A DNA stretch of 63,782 nt, counting the filler, from an uncultured Ignavibacteriales bacterium (GTDB taxonomy: Bacteria > Zixibacteria > MSB-5A5 > GN15 > JAAZOE01), in the NCBI GenBank assembly GCA_964611355.1. It is 3 parts of 3 records of this genome, joined end to end, with 100 filler letters (N's around TTAATTAATTAA, not from the genome) between each part and the next. Parts side by side here need not be neighbours in the genome. Positions count along the whole stretch, not along the records: positions 1 to 26,504 come from CAZSYD010000030.1; 2 more parts are not named here. One strand, given 5' to 3'. Within the stretch, counting starts at the first letter, position 1. The number at the start of each line of letters is the position of its first letter. A program made the position numbers and the translations under genes. Under the pieces are notes generated by a model. That model ran no database searches and was not told the DNA's origin. It saw only the letters and a program-made list of their open reading frames with translations. Of the stretch, positions 1 to 9,828 are shown piece after piece.

Positions 1-84
1 CGTGAAGGGAAGCGAATCCATAATTACAACGCCCCCGTTTGCAATCGAAGATAGCCCAAATAATAATATGATTAACTTTTTCAC
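1..84 (-). CDS. 5' end of a secreted protein, truncated by the window edge (MKKLIILLFGLSSIANGGVVIMDSLPFT...)
   Basis: GTG at 84 lies 8 nt after GGAGG (AAGGAGG); the N-terminus looks like a signal peptide; the frame is open to position 1. Confidence 0.6.
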   Translation of the reverse strand, partial: MKKLIILLFGLSSIANGGVVIMDSLPFT

Positions 85-458
85 AACCCATGCCTCCTTG
101 AACAATCTTTCAGACTTTGGTATAATCCAATTCCGTAAGGTGGGAAAGCGGCAATAGCATTTGGGTGCCGTTTCCTACCGTTCAGATTGGTTATACGCTG
201 CATATATTCCTCTCAGATAATTCTTCCGGTTGCATCTATGATACTGGCCGAACTAATCGGAAAAAAACAAGTCATTTACTACTGTGAAACTAAAATCTTT
301 AACTTCCTCGACAACAATATACAGTAGACATCTATCAAAAAGGGTGCCCCCCGCGACAATATTACAACCTCATAACTTATTGCCGGTCAAGACATTATTT
401 TGCGCTCGCTTTCCCGCAGCAGCGATTTGCTGTTCAACTATTGCACAAAGGTCAGATG

Positions 459-1598
459 TCAATCAACTCTCCATCCGTTTTTTGGAGCAAGGACAATCGC
501 TTCATAGAAGTCCATTATTTCTTTCATAATCTTATCCGGTGCAAACATCTTCGCAGCAACTTCTTTGCTTGCCAGGGAAAGCCTGTTTCTACATTCTGTA
601 TCGGACAGGATATTAATCACCTTATCGGCCATTCCGGCGATGTCTCCTTCGGGAACCAGGTAACCGCTGACGCCGTCTTTGATAACCTCTTTGTTTCCGC
701 CGGTGTCAAACGCCACCGAAGCGACACCGACACGGCAATATTCAATCAGGGTATTGGGAAGCCCCTCCGACTCTGAAGTCAAAACCCCGACATCGAACAG
801 GGAAAGATAAGGATAGATATTATCAATATGACCGAGGAAATGAATCTTTGATGCGACGCCCAAATCTTCTGCCCGACGATGCAGTCCGTCTTTATCTTCC
901 CCCTGACCCAGTATAAGAAAATGGGCGTTGGGAACCCGGCCGGCAATGAGACCGGCCACGTCGATGAACCGGTCGATTCGCTTGACCGGGCGCAGATTGG
1001 CGGCAATACCGACCACCCGGGCGTTATCGGGGAGACCTATGTCGAGAGGGCTTATCGCTCCCGACTGATCCGGGTTTTTGTCCCACATACCGTTATAAAT
1101 CACCTTAATTCGTTCGGCAGGAAAACGCTCCAGTTCAATCACCTTTCGCTTTACGGCTTCCGAGTTAACCAGGAAATAATTGGCCCGCCTGTTGACCCAG
1201 TTCAGTTTCCTTAGAATCTCATGGCTCAGCGCATACCCCATATTTCGCCGGTTGATAACGCAATTTTTAATCCCCGCCAGTTGACAGGCCGGGGCCACAA
1301 ATAGATTGGAATCATCAAAATATATAAGAACAATGTCGTACTTTTCCTTTTTCAGGCGCCATACCAGTTTGATAAATTTCATTAATGAACCGACATTGGC
1401 CAGACTACCTACCCGGAGACACTCAATCGGCCACGGGATTTCCCGCCGATGTTCGGGTCTGACTTCGTCCCTTAACGTATAGAGTTTCGCCTCGACGCGT
1501 TCCGGGTCAAGATACTGCAATACTCCTCTTAGCTGATTCTCAGTACCGGCGCCCGGCTTGTAGACGTCGATAAAATATGCCACCTTGATTTTTTTCAA
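459..1598 (-). CDS. Glycosyltransferase family 4 (GT-B)
   Basis: 'ANLRPVKRIDRF' and 'LTSESEGLPNTLIE' (E-X7-E) motifs. Confidence 0.9.
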   Translation of the reverse strand: MKKIKVAYFIDVYKPGAGTENQLRGVLQYLDPERVEAKLYTLRDEVRPEHRREIPWPIECLRVGSLANVGSLMKFIKLVWRLKKEKYDIVLIYFDDSNLFVAPACQLAGIKNCVINRRNMGYALSHEILRKLNWVNRRANYFLVNSEAVKRKVIELERFPAERIKVIYNGMWDKNPDQSGAISPLDIGLPDNARVVGIAANLRPVKRIDRFIDVAGLIAGRVPNAHFLILGQGEDKDGLHRRAEDLGVASKIHFLGHIDNIYPYLSLFDVGVLTSESEGLPNTLIEYCRVGVASVAFDTGGNKEVIKDGVSGYLVPEGDIAGMADKVINILSDTECRNRLSLASKEVAAKMFAPDKIMKEIMDFYEAIVLAPKNGWRVD

Positions 1599-1653
1599 GA
1601 TACTTTTCCGGTTAAGTTGACGGGTTCGAGGTTCTAATCATTCTAACCTTCGA

Positions 1654-2751
1654 CTAATCTTTTATGGTTTCGCTGTAGATTCGTTTCAAAATCCCGGCCT
1701 GCCGATTGTAATTGTATCTATCGCGTACCAGTTCGTATCCTCCTTCGCCGCAGGCAATCATTATTTTCGGGTTATTCAAGGCAAAAAGCAATTGTTTGGC
1801 AAGTGTTTCCGGGTCGTCAGGCGGCGCCAGCAGGCCGCTTACTTCGTGTTCGATCATTTCCGGGACGCCGCCCACGGCGGTTGATACGACTCCCAGCTTT
1901 TGGGACCAGGCTTCCAGTAGAATATTGGGCATTCCTTCCGACCGGGAAGGCAAAATGAGAAAATCGCTCTCTTGCAGAACCGGCAGGATATTATCAACAA
2001 AACCGCGAAACGATACGGCTTTTTCTATATTCAGCGCCCGGGCCATACGTTTTAATTTCTGTTCCTCGGGACCATGCCCGTAAATATCGACCTCAAAGGC
2101 CGGCGCGTCATCCTTGATTCGAGCAATCGCCTTAAGCAGAACATCGTATCCTTTTTCATAACTCAGTCGCCCGGCGGCCACCGCCTTTATCGGTTTCCGG
2201 GCATTGACGGTTCGTATAAAGTCAGCAGGAATCAGCTTTTCGGTTTCAATAGCGTTAGGTACGACTTCAATCGCTTTGGAGGGGACGCCCATTTCACGAA
2301 GGAGCGAGGCCGATTTTTCCGAGACCGCTAAAACGATCGACATGCGCCGCAGCAGCATCGCATTGATAAAATTATACAGGCGCACCTTTCGGTTTTCGGT
2401 GGTATAACCCCGGAAGTGAGCAATCTGTTTTACGCTGCTGTTTTTTAATGCCATTCGTCCGAAGAAATTCGCCTTATAATCGTGACAAACCAGAATCGCA
2501 GCCTTTTTTTGAGCCATCAGCTTTTTGATTTGGCCGACTACGCGAAAATCACCTGCAAAAGAGTCGTGGATTTTTGCCGTTTCAATCCCGACGGTTCCGG
2601 CTTCTTCCAAAAACCTGTTGGGCGCGTCCCTGCGGACAAAGGATGCACATATAAAATCGAACTCTTTAATTATCCGGCACTGCCCCAGTATGGCCCTTTC
2701 GGGGCCGCCGAAAAACTCTGCGCTCCGCAAATGAATAATAACCGGGTTCAT
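1654..2751 (-). CDS. Glycosyltransferase family 4
   Basis: 'GGPER', 'GRLSYEKG', 'PSRSEGMPNILLEA', 'VGGVPE'. Confidence 0.9.
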   Translation of the reverse strand: MNPVIIHLRSAEFFGGPERAILGQCRIIKEFDFICASFVRRDAPNRFLEEAGTVGIETAKIHDSFAGDFRVVGQIKKLMAQKKAAILVCHDYKANFFGRMALKNSSVKQIAHFRGYTTENRKVRLYNFINAMLLRRMSIVLAVSEKSASLLREMGVPSKAIEVVPNAIETEKLIPADFIRTVNARKPIKAVAAGRLSYEKGYDVLLKAIARIKDDAPAFEVDIYGHGPEEQKLKRMARALNIEKAVSFRGFVDNILPVLQESDFLILPSRSEGMPNILLEAWSQKLGVVSTAVGGVPEMIEHEVSGLLAPPDDPETLAKQLLFALNNPKIMIACGEGGYELVRDRYNYNRQAGILKRIYSETIKD

Positions 2752-3929
2752 CGGTCTTTTCTCTCCGTGCGGACCCAGCCAAGACGTTTGCGTTTGACGA
2801 GAGCCTTCAACTGAAGGATCAACAGCCAGAAACCAAAATAAGGAACGTGAAGAAGGGCCTTTAGGGCGGCTTTCTTATCGGCCACGTAAAACAGCCCGGA
2901 GACCAAATACAGAACAAGCAGGACCATCAGGGAAACGGCCCAGATTAGAAATCGAAATTTCCATGGCGAAGCGCTGAAAAATGAGAGCATTAGAGGAATA
3001 AAAGCGATAAAAATCAACATCGGACGGCTGAGGATCAGCGTGGAGAAAGCAAGCTCCAGCAGGTCGAGTCGGCCTTTGCTAAAACCAGCCCCAATAAGCG
3101 ACGGCATCTTTTCGGTTATCAGACTGAACGTTCCCGAAGCCCATCTTTCCTTTTGAGTATACGAATGGTCATAGGTCGATGTAGCCGGAGACTCCACAGC
3201 GCTTTCGGTCGAAAAGTCGATCCTGACGCCCTCTTTTATCAGCCCGACGGCATAATCTACATCTTCGGTGACGGAGTACGAATCCCAGGGATGTTTTTTC
3301 AAAACATCAGTCCTGACGGCCATTCCCGTTCCACGCAGGAGGATCGGCAAACGAAGAACCGACCGACCCCGATAGAAGAGTATGTTTTCGGCCATGTTGC
3401 CCATTTGCTGCAGACACGCCAGCGGGCTTTTCCGATCAATATAAAACCGGTTGGAAACCTGAACAGCGCCGGCGCCGCCTTCAAAGGCGCGAGCCATTGC
3501 CTTTAGCATATTTGGCTTGACGAGGGTGTCGGCATCGACAACGACCACGGCGTCGAATTCATCCAGATCATATTGTGCCATACCCCAGCGCAGTGCGTGC
3601 CCTTTCCCCCGGTTGAGCGTATCTTTTCGTTCCAGGACAGTGATGGCGGAAGCGCGCGTTACCTCGGCGGTATTGTCGTCGCAGTTATCGGCTATGACCG
3701 CGATTTCGAGGCGACCGACGGTCTCCATAAGGCCCAAGCTTTGCAGAGCGGCTTTAATACCGGCGGCCTCATTATGGGCCGGAACCAGAACCAGAAAATC
3801 GTATTTCCCGGAAAGCTCAGGATATTTCTTCCTGCCAAAAATGCCAAAAAGACCCAGAAACCAGAGATACAGCACCGCCAGTGTCAGGGCCACCAGGATA
3901 ACGAGATTTATACCGCTTATAATATTCAA
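2748..3929 (-). CDS. Glycosyltransferase family 2, membrane-bound, processive-like
   Basis: 'VPAHNE', 'DNCDD', 'DAD', 'TED', 'QKERW'; N- and C-terminal TM helices. Confidence 0.88.
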   Translation of the reverse strand: MNIISGINLVILVALTLAVLYLWFLGLFGIFGRKKYPELSGKYDFLVLVPAHNEAAGIKAALQSLGLMETVGRLEIAVIADNCDDNTAEVTRASAITVLERKDTLNRGKGHALRWGMAQYDLDEFDAVVVVDADTLVKPNMLKAMARAFEGGAGAVQVSNRFYIDRKSPLACLQQMGNMAENILFYRGRSVLRLPILLRGTGMAVRTDVLKKHPWDSYSVTEDVDYAVGLIKEGVRIDFSTESAVESPATSTYDHSYTQKERWASGTFSLITEKMPSLIGAGFSKGRLDLLELAFSTLILSRPMLIFIAFIPLMLSFFSASPWKFRFLIWAVSLMVLLVLYLVSGLFYVADKKAALKALLHVPYFGFWLLILQLKALVKRKRLGWVRTERKDR

Positions 3930-5308
3930 TGGGCAATCCCCTCGTTCTCGGGAGGTCTTTGCTTGCTGTTATCTTTGTTGATATTGCAGATGGAGAAACG
4001 GAATTTACCCTGTTTGGTCTGTTTAATACTACCGACGAAACTGACGTCGTAACGCATTTTGCTACCGAATATCTCAATCACATTGCTTTTGAGCCGGGTC
4101 ATGCTTTTTTCTGAAAATTTATCGTCTTTGACAATGTTAAAATTAAGATAGTCGTACCGGTTTTGAATTATCTGCACCTGTTTGAAACCTGGAATATGAA
4201 TCACGAACGTATCCAGAATGGATATGCCGAATACCGGTTTACCGTCGGGAGTATAGAGAAAATCGGCGGTTCGACCGGAGACCTCCTTCAGGCGTGGAAG
4301 CGTTCTTCCGCATGGACATTTCCCCGGCAAGGCAACGGCAAAGTCACCGATTTCATACCTGATAAGCGGCATCGCATAATTGACAAGGTCGGTAATGACC
4401 AGTTTTCGGGGCAGGTTTTCATCATCTCCCAAAAGCTCAAGATAAAGGCCCTCGGCGAAAATATGCATCCCCTGGTGGGCCTCGCATTCGGACGCTATTA
4501 TAGAAAGCTCCTCGCAACCGTAGCGATTAAACACCGACGATCGGAATACATCTTCAATTACTTTTCGCTCCCTGTCGGTAAGCACCATCGCGGTAGTTAT
4601 GATGCCCTTGAAGGAAATACCGCCGACACCTTTCTCCCGGACATACTTGGCCAGTCGATAAACCGAATGGGCATGACCCATCAATATCTGCGGATGAAGT
4701 GTCCGTATCTTTCCAAGGAAAGCTTCAATATGTTCTTCGTCAAACTTGAGGGTATCGAGATAGAAGGCGCGCTCGGTCAGCATGTTCCTGATGCGTTCCT
4801 TCAACGGTAACGGTTTGTCGGTATCTCCCCAGACGCAGGCTGTCCGGACGCCGGGAACAAGATCAGCCCATCCGTTATGCCTCATGGCCGCGGCTTTCTT
4901 AATAGCGGCTGCATCACGATCGATGTAAATATGAAGCGGGACGCCGGTCGATCCGCCTGTTCTTTTATGGATTGTGTTCTTGCGCGTATATCCGTCGGAA
5001 AACATCTGATCGGAAGCGTTCCTGATATCATCTTTGGTTAGAAGCGGCAGCTTTTCCATGGTTGAAATATCAGTCAAATCACCGGGATGAAAGCCGCACT
5101 GATCGAAACGCTTCCGGTAGAATCGGTTATATTTATGGCAGAAGGCGATTAGCTTCTTCAGCCTTTCCAGTTGCAATTTGTTAAGTGCATCCATAGAAAA
5201 GTACTGCGAGGAATCAAGCTCTTTTTTACGACGATTAAGGTCATACCCGTCACGCCTGATGAAATAACCGTAGGTGATATGTTTGATGATCGGCTTGAGT
5301 AAATCCAC
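3926..5308 (-). CDS. Phenylacetate-CoA ligase / CapK-family adenylate-forming enzyme
   Basis: 'LPLLTK', 'TGGSTGVP', 'RYGCEE', 'PLIRYEIGD', 'GKFR'. Confidence 0.85.
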   Translation of the reverse strand: MDLLKPIIKHITYGYFIRRDGYDLNRRKKELDSSQYFSMDALNKLQLERLKKLIAFCHKYNRFYRKRFDQCGFHPGDLTDISTMEKLPLLTKDDIRNASDQMFSDGYTRKNTIHKRTGGSTGVPLHIYIDRDAAAIKKAAAMRHNGWADLVPGVRTACVWGDTDKPLPLKERIRNMLTERAFYLDTLKFDEEHIEAFLGKIRTLHPQILMGHAHSVYRLAKYVREKGVGGISFKGIITTAMVLTDRERKVIEDVFRSSVFNRYGCEELSIIASECEAHQGMHIFAEGLYLELLGDDENLPRKLVITDLVNYAMPLIRYEIGDFAVALPGKCPCGRTLPRLKEVSGRTADFLYTPDGKPVFGISILDTFVIHIPGFKQVQIIQNRYDYLNFNIVKDDKFSEKSMTRLKSNVIEIFGSKMRYDVSFVGSIKQTKQGKFRFSICNINKDNSKQRPPENEGIAH

Positions 5309-6697
5309 CTAAGCGCCCTCTTTTTCCCGGGCCAGCAGGTTTTCGCGCGCGATAGTCAGGCCGGCCATAATATACCACGTATCCCGGAAGAGAATATGCC
5401 CGAATATCCCGGCGACCAGAAGACCGGCAATGATGGAATATATCGCCCTTACATAAACATCCGTATCAACATTCCCGATTCCCGGAGGTCTCGGCTGGCG
5501 TCTGATGGACCGTAATTTTCTCAGGAATTGATACAGGAAATAACACCAGGCAACCACGCCGGCCATACCCAAAGTGGCAAACATTTCAACGTAAAGCGAA
5601 TGGGAAGAAAGCCATACTCCTTTACGCTCGTAATAACCGGCGGCGAAAACGGTCGGGCCGACGCCAAAGAAAGGTTTTTCAAGAAACATCTCCACCCCCG
5701 CCTTCCAAGCGTCAATACGCCCCTGCGTCGATTCGTCAATCTCACCGGCGGTCATCGTGCCGTATCTGGTACGGTATTGTTCCGGCAGGACCGCCCAGAT
5801 CGACACCGCCGTTACAATAATGATTATCATGTAAACCAAACGATGACGGGAAAACCAGGCATAAGTCAAACCGACGGTCACCAGGCACAAAATGCCGCTT
5901 CGTGATCCGGTAATCATAAGGGTCAGCAGGCAACCGCCGATAAGAGCCAGACAAAACGACCAGTTGAGTAACTTCTTTCGGCGAGCCATAAGATACAGCA
6001 ATAACGGAACAGTCGTCGCCATATACATAGCCAGCCCGTTGAAATTGTGACCGTACGAGGTTTTACCTTCGGCCCGCATGATCCCCTGGTCAAAAACGTA
6101 ATTACCCGTATAGTAGTTAATCGTCGCCTCAATCCCGACAAATGACGTAAACAATACGACTAACCAGAAAGCAATCTGGAACCGTTTTTCGTTATTGAGC
6201 AGAACCACTATAAAGTAATAAAGAATAAATATTTTGATGGTTTGAATTACCGCATTATAGGATCCCGTCACCCACTCTGAGAAGACCATGCTTACCATCA
6301 TCACGCCGATAAAAATGAGCAGGGAAACACTTACTTTATCTTTGGGCAATCGGATACCGCGTCCGCGAAGCGCATCGGAAATTAAAATCATAACCAGCAA
6401 AAAGGCGCCGAATATCAACTCCAGCCTGATCGCCGCCAAACCAGGCAGGCGTTCGGCAGGGCGAAAGTAATATATAGTAAGATATATAAAAAACCCGAAG
6501 AAAGGATATTTGAGGATGACGACAATTACCGCCGCAGCCACCACACCGCCTATAATATACAGCGGATTTATCAGATGCGCTGTCGCCGCCCCGATCAAGA
6601 GCAAAAAAAGTGCATAAAATGTATAATAGGCCGCTTTCTTAGACTTTGTATCCGGGACCGCATATCGAGGGACGCTTTTATCGCCAAATGTACCCAT
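5309..6697 (-). CDS. O-antigen ligase / Wzy-like polymerase family membrane protein
   Basis: About 12 TM segments; 'TGSRSG', 'GRIDAW', 'PFFGVG', 'HSLYVE..A.LG..G'. Confidence 0.85.
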   Translation of the reverse strand: MGTFGDKSVPRYAVPDTKSKKAAYYTFYALFLLLIGAATAHLINPLYIIGGVVAAAVIVVILKYPFFGFFIYLTIYYFRPAERLPGLAAIRLELIFGAFLLVMILISDALRGRGIRLPKDKVSVSLLIFIGVMMVSMVFSEWVTGSYNAVIQTIKIFILYYFIVVLLNNEKRFQIAFWLVVLFTSFVGIEATINYYTGNYVFDQGIMRAEGKTSYGHNFNGLAMYMATTVPLLLYLMARRKKLLNWSFCLALIGGCLLTLMITGSRSGILCLVTVGLTYAWFSRHRLVYMIIIIVTAVSIWAVLPEQYRTRYGTMTAGEIDESTQGRIDAWKAGVEMFLEKPFFGVGPTVFAAGYYERKGVWLSSHSLYVEMFATLGMAGVVAWCYFLYQFLRKLRSIRRQPRPPGIGNVDTDVYVRAIYSIIAGLLVAGIFGHILFRDTWYIMAGLTIARENLLAREKEGA

Positions 6698-6720
6698 TAA
6701 TTTGCTATCCTACTCCGGTT

Positions 6721-8067
6721 TCAGCCGACCCGGTGACACAATTGGGCAAGTTTTTCAACCTGAGTGACCGTTTCCAGCTCAGGTATCGATCTCAAAGTCA
6801 GCGCGGGGTTTTTTCCGCTTCTGCTCCTGTTCCAGTCGTTATAGGTTTTATCAAGGAATTGTATGATTGGTTCCGGGCTCCGATCCGGCAGGCTGAGGCC
6901 GCACTGATACCGGTCGATCAGATCAGGGATCTCTCCCTGCGGAGCAAAGGCCAGTATCGGCCGACCGGTTATCATATATTCATAAAGCTTACGCGGAACG
7001 GCGGCCTTCAGAGCGGGGTCGAAGCCCTGGAATAAAAGCAGAAGATCGGCCGAGAAGATTTCGGTCAGAACCTCGCGCTGAGGCAGCCATTCTTTTTTTT
7101 CCACGATATCATTCAGTTGATATTTGTCGATTAGTCCGCTGTATTTGGCGGTCCAGTTGCCGATAAACATTATTCGAATCCGCGAGGCAATATCTTTCTT
7201 TTCATCGATCCACCTTCGAATCGCCGCCAGAAAAAACTCCGGATTCCGGTGCCGCCCATAGAGACTGCCCGTATAAAGCATTGTAAACCTGCTGTTCTCA
7301 TTTTGTACCGTAGCCAGGTCTTTGAAGTCGTCGGGATCAACGCCATTGGTTACGACCTCGATACGGTCATCGGACAGAAACCGGTTTTTCTCCAGAAGCT
7401 GTTTCTTAAATGTCGCTGTATTGACCGTAATACCGGCCGCCCGCCGCAATACCGTCTTTTCCATCCGGCGATCACGTCGGCGCATATATAGCGGCAGATT
7501 CCTTTCGTCATAACTGGTATTCTGTGTCCAGAGATCGCGAAAATCGGCAATATGCGGCCGACCGGTTCGAGCGGCTATCCGCGACGCCAGAATATGAACC
7601 GACTGCGGCGGCGACGAAGAAAGAATAAGGTCAATATTTTCCTTTCCGACAAGTTCTATACCGGGCTTCAGTCCGCTCCGAATCCAGAAATATCCCCGAT
7701 CGGGCACGGAAAAGAATAGTCCTATTTTCCGCCTTAACGACGATAAAAGCGAATACCCCGCCTGTTTGCCGGGTTTGCCGGATGAAGCCGACGATTGGGC
7801 TTCCGTGACGGTTTCGCTTCTCGTTAGCGGCTTTCGGTGGAACATATCATTTAACCTTGTACGACAAACCATAATCCCATCGGGCGCCTGTTTCAAAAGA
7901 CCTTCATCGCGCGCCAGAGTCCGTGGATTTTCGGGCGTCAGAATCAGCGGAGTTATCCCGAACCGACCCAAGTATTTGCAGAACTTCAGGATTCGATAGA
8001 CACCAACCGCCGCAAAGGGCGGAAACACGTAGGTGACAATAAGTATTTTCTTATTGGCTCGGTCCAT
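6721..8067 (-). CDS. Glycosyltransferase family 4
   Basis: 'YVFPP', 'SSPP', 'DFRDLW', 'YTGSLY', 'PRKLYEY'. Confidence 0.85.
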   Translation of the reverse strand: MDRANKKILIVTYVFPPFAAVGVYRILKFCKYLGRFGITPLILTPENPRTLARDEGLLKQAPDGIMVCRTRLNDMFHRKPLTRSETVTEAQSSASSGKPGKQAGYSLLSSLRRKIGLFFSVPDRGYFWIRSGLKPGIELVGKENIDLILSSSPPQSVHILASRIAARTGRPHIADFRDLWTQNTSYDERNLPLYMRRRDRRMEKTVLRRAAGITVNTATFKKQLLEKNRFLSDDRIEVVTNGVDPDDFKDLATVQNENSRFTMLYTGSLYGRHRNPEFFLAAIRRWIDEKKDIASRIRIMFIGNWTAKYSGLIDKYQLNDIVEKKEWLPQREVLTEIFSADLLLLFQGFDPALKAAVPRKLYEYMITGRPILAFAPQGEIPDLIDRYQCGLSLPDRSPEPIIQFLDKTYNDWNRSRSGKNPALTLRSIPELETVTQVEKLAQLCHRVG

Positions 8068-8231
8068 ATAACTGCCGTCGGTCTCACGTTGAAGATCGGC
8101 CGCATTGTATTATTAATACAGCTATACGCCGTTTGGGACAATAAAAATCTACTTGTATCTACCACAAGTGGCCGGTAGATTATCATGTTAACGGGCGCAA
8201 TCCGCAACTATCGACACCGCAATGGAGGCAA

Positions 8232-9797
8232 TTGGTATTGAAAATCGTTTTTGCCGGAGATGTCTCTTTTGACTGGCTGAAAAAACCGAGATCGTTTAGG
8301 CTCCTGTCATATCCTTTCCGAAAATCCTCCCTGAATAAGAGGCTGGCCGAAGAAATTCGCCGCGATGCCGGCCTTTCCCGATTAATCGGCATGTGTCGCC
8401 GGGCGCAAATGGAGCTTCAATCAAGGCAAATAGCGGCGGGCCTGCAGCCGATTCTCTCTCCCGCCAATTTCGTTTGCGCCAATCTCGAGTGCGCGCTTTC
8501 TTCACGAGGTCAGCCGCTTGATAACAAGAGGTATACGCTGCGGGCGGAACCGCTTTATATTGCCGCCTTAAAGCAACTCGGGATTACGCACGTTAACCTG
8601 GCCAATAACCATATCCTCGACTATGGCCTCGAAGCTATGGCCGACACCTGCCGTTATCTCGACCTTGCCGGTATCAATTATTTCGGTTTATGCGACGGTC
8701 AATCTTCCCAACAACCGGTTGTTGTTGATGACGGCGATAACCGGCTGGCCCTTTTTGGTTACGTCGAACCGTCTATTATCACGCCCTATACTGATTCTTT
8801 CTTCAGGCACAGCCCGTCCCCCTGCCCGCTGGAGCCGGACGGCATAATCGAGGAAATCAGGCGATACAGCGACGATCACGCGGTAATCGTTGTTCTTCAC
8901 TGGGGCGTGGAATGGAGTCACCTCGAGACCGAATCTCAGCGGCGACTTGCCCGCCAGATGATCGATGCCGGGGCCGCGGCGGTAGTCGGGCATCATACTC
9001 ACCTGGTCGGCGGCGTAGAAAAATACAAAGGCGGCATAATCGCTTACAGCCTGGGCAATCTCCTGATGGTTCTGCCTCCTTTTGCCGCCAAACGCGCTTC
9101 AACCCGGATTATGCTCCAAATGCAAATTAACGGCAACCGACTGTCGGATTTTCATCTCATTCCTTTATCAGATAACGCTGACGGTCATCCGGTCGAAGGC
9201 GATTTTAAAGTTGAATCGCTTATGCACGGATATATGCCGGAATGGCTGCCGCCCGCTTCACACGCAAAATTTGATTCTTACGTTGATCTGCCGTCTGCCC
9301 GGGTAACGCTGGAAAATCGGTCAGGAAAAACGGATTGCCGATGGTCGAATGACTATTTGGTCATCGAGGATATCGTGCCTTTATATCGAATACCGATGGG
9401 GCCGGGCTGGCGCGCGGAAGGGCCGGGCTGGGCCGGAACGGCTCGTACCCGCGAATTAATGGGACGGGAATTTCTGCCGGTCAATATCACTCATCTGGCC
9501 GCTGACGAAATCATAAAGATACGCTTCCAAATGAAAGAACCGATCTCAAAGTTGTCAGCCGTCTTCGGTTACCCCGAATCGATGCGAATTCCGAAGCAGT
9601 TCACCTGCCCAACTGTTGAAATTCGAGCCGGAGATAAAACGATTGCCGAGTTTATATTGCCTGAAAAAATGTCCGACTGGCAAAGGCGGGAGATATCGAC
9701 TGACCGGATTGGCGAGCCGTTAACGGAAATCCAGGTTATCGTTCGCGGGCAGGGAAATAAATACGGCCTCATCTGCTGGCGTCTGCTGGGAAGTTAA
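8232..9797 (+). CDS. CapA (PgsA)-family metallophosphoesterase with an extra C-terminal domain
   Basis: 'AGDV', 'NLE', 'LANNHILDYG', 'HWGVE', 'GHHTH', 'YSLGN'; GGAGG precedes the TTG start. Confidence 0.8.
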   Translation: MVLKIVFAGDVSFDWLKKPRSFRLLSYPFRKSSLNKRLAEEIRRDAGLSRLIGMCRRAQMELQSRQIAAGLQPILSPANFVCANLECALSSRGQPLDNKRYTLRAEPLYIAALKQLGITHVNLANNHILDYGLEAMADTCRYLDLAGINYFGLCDGQSSQQPVVVDDGDNRLALFGYVEPSIITPYTDSFFRHSPSPCPLEPDGIIEEIRRYSDDHAVIVVLHWGVEWSHLETESQRRLARQMIDAGAAAVVGHHTHLVGGVEKYKGGIIAYSLGNLLMVLPPFAAKRASTRIMLQMQINGNRLSDFHLIPLSDNADGHPVEGDFKVESLMHGYMPEWLPPASHAKFDSYVDLPSARVTLENRSGKTDCRWSNDYLVIEDIVPLYRIPMGPGWRAEGPGWAGTARTRELMGREFLPVNITHLAADEIIKIRFQMKEPISKLSAVFGYPESMRIPKQFTCPTVEIRAGDKTIAEFILPEKMSDWQRREISTDRIGEPLTEIQVIVRGQGNKYGLICWRLLGS

Positions 9798-9828
9798 ACC
9801 GTAACGATATTGGTTTTTGTGGTGTTGA

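Noticed and set aside
284..529. 81-aa plus-strand ORF
   Set aside because: No SD, non-protein-like composition, and it overlaps the GT4 3' end.
8232..9797. Poly-gamma-glutamate capsule operon
   Set aside because: Only a CapA-like domain is present; capB and capC are absent from the window.
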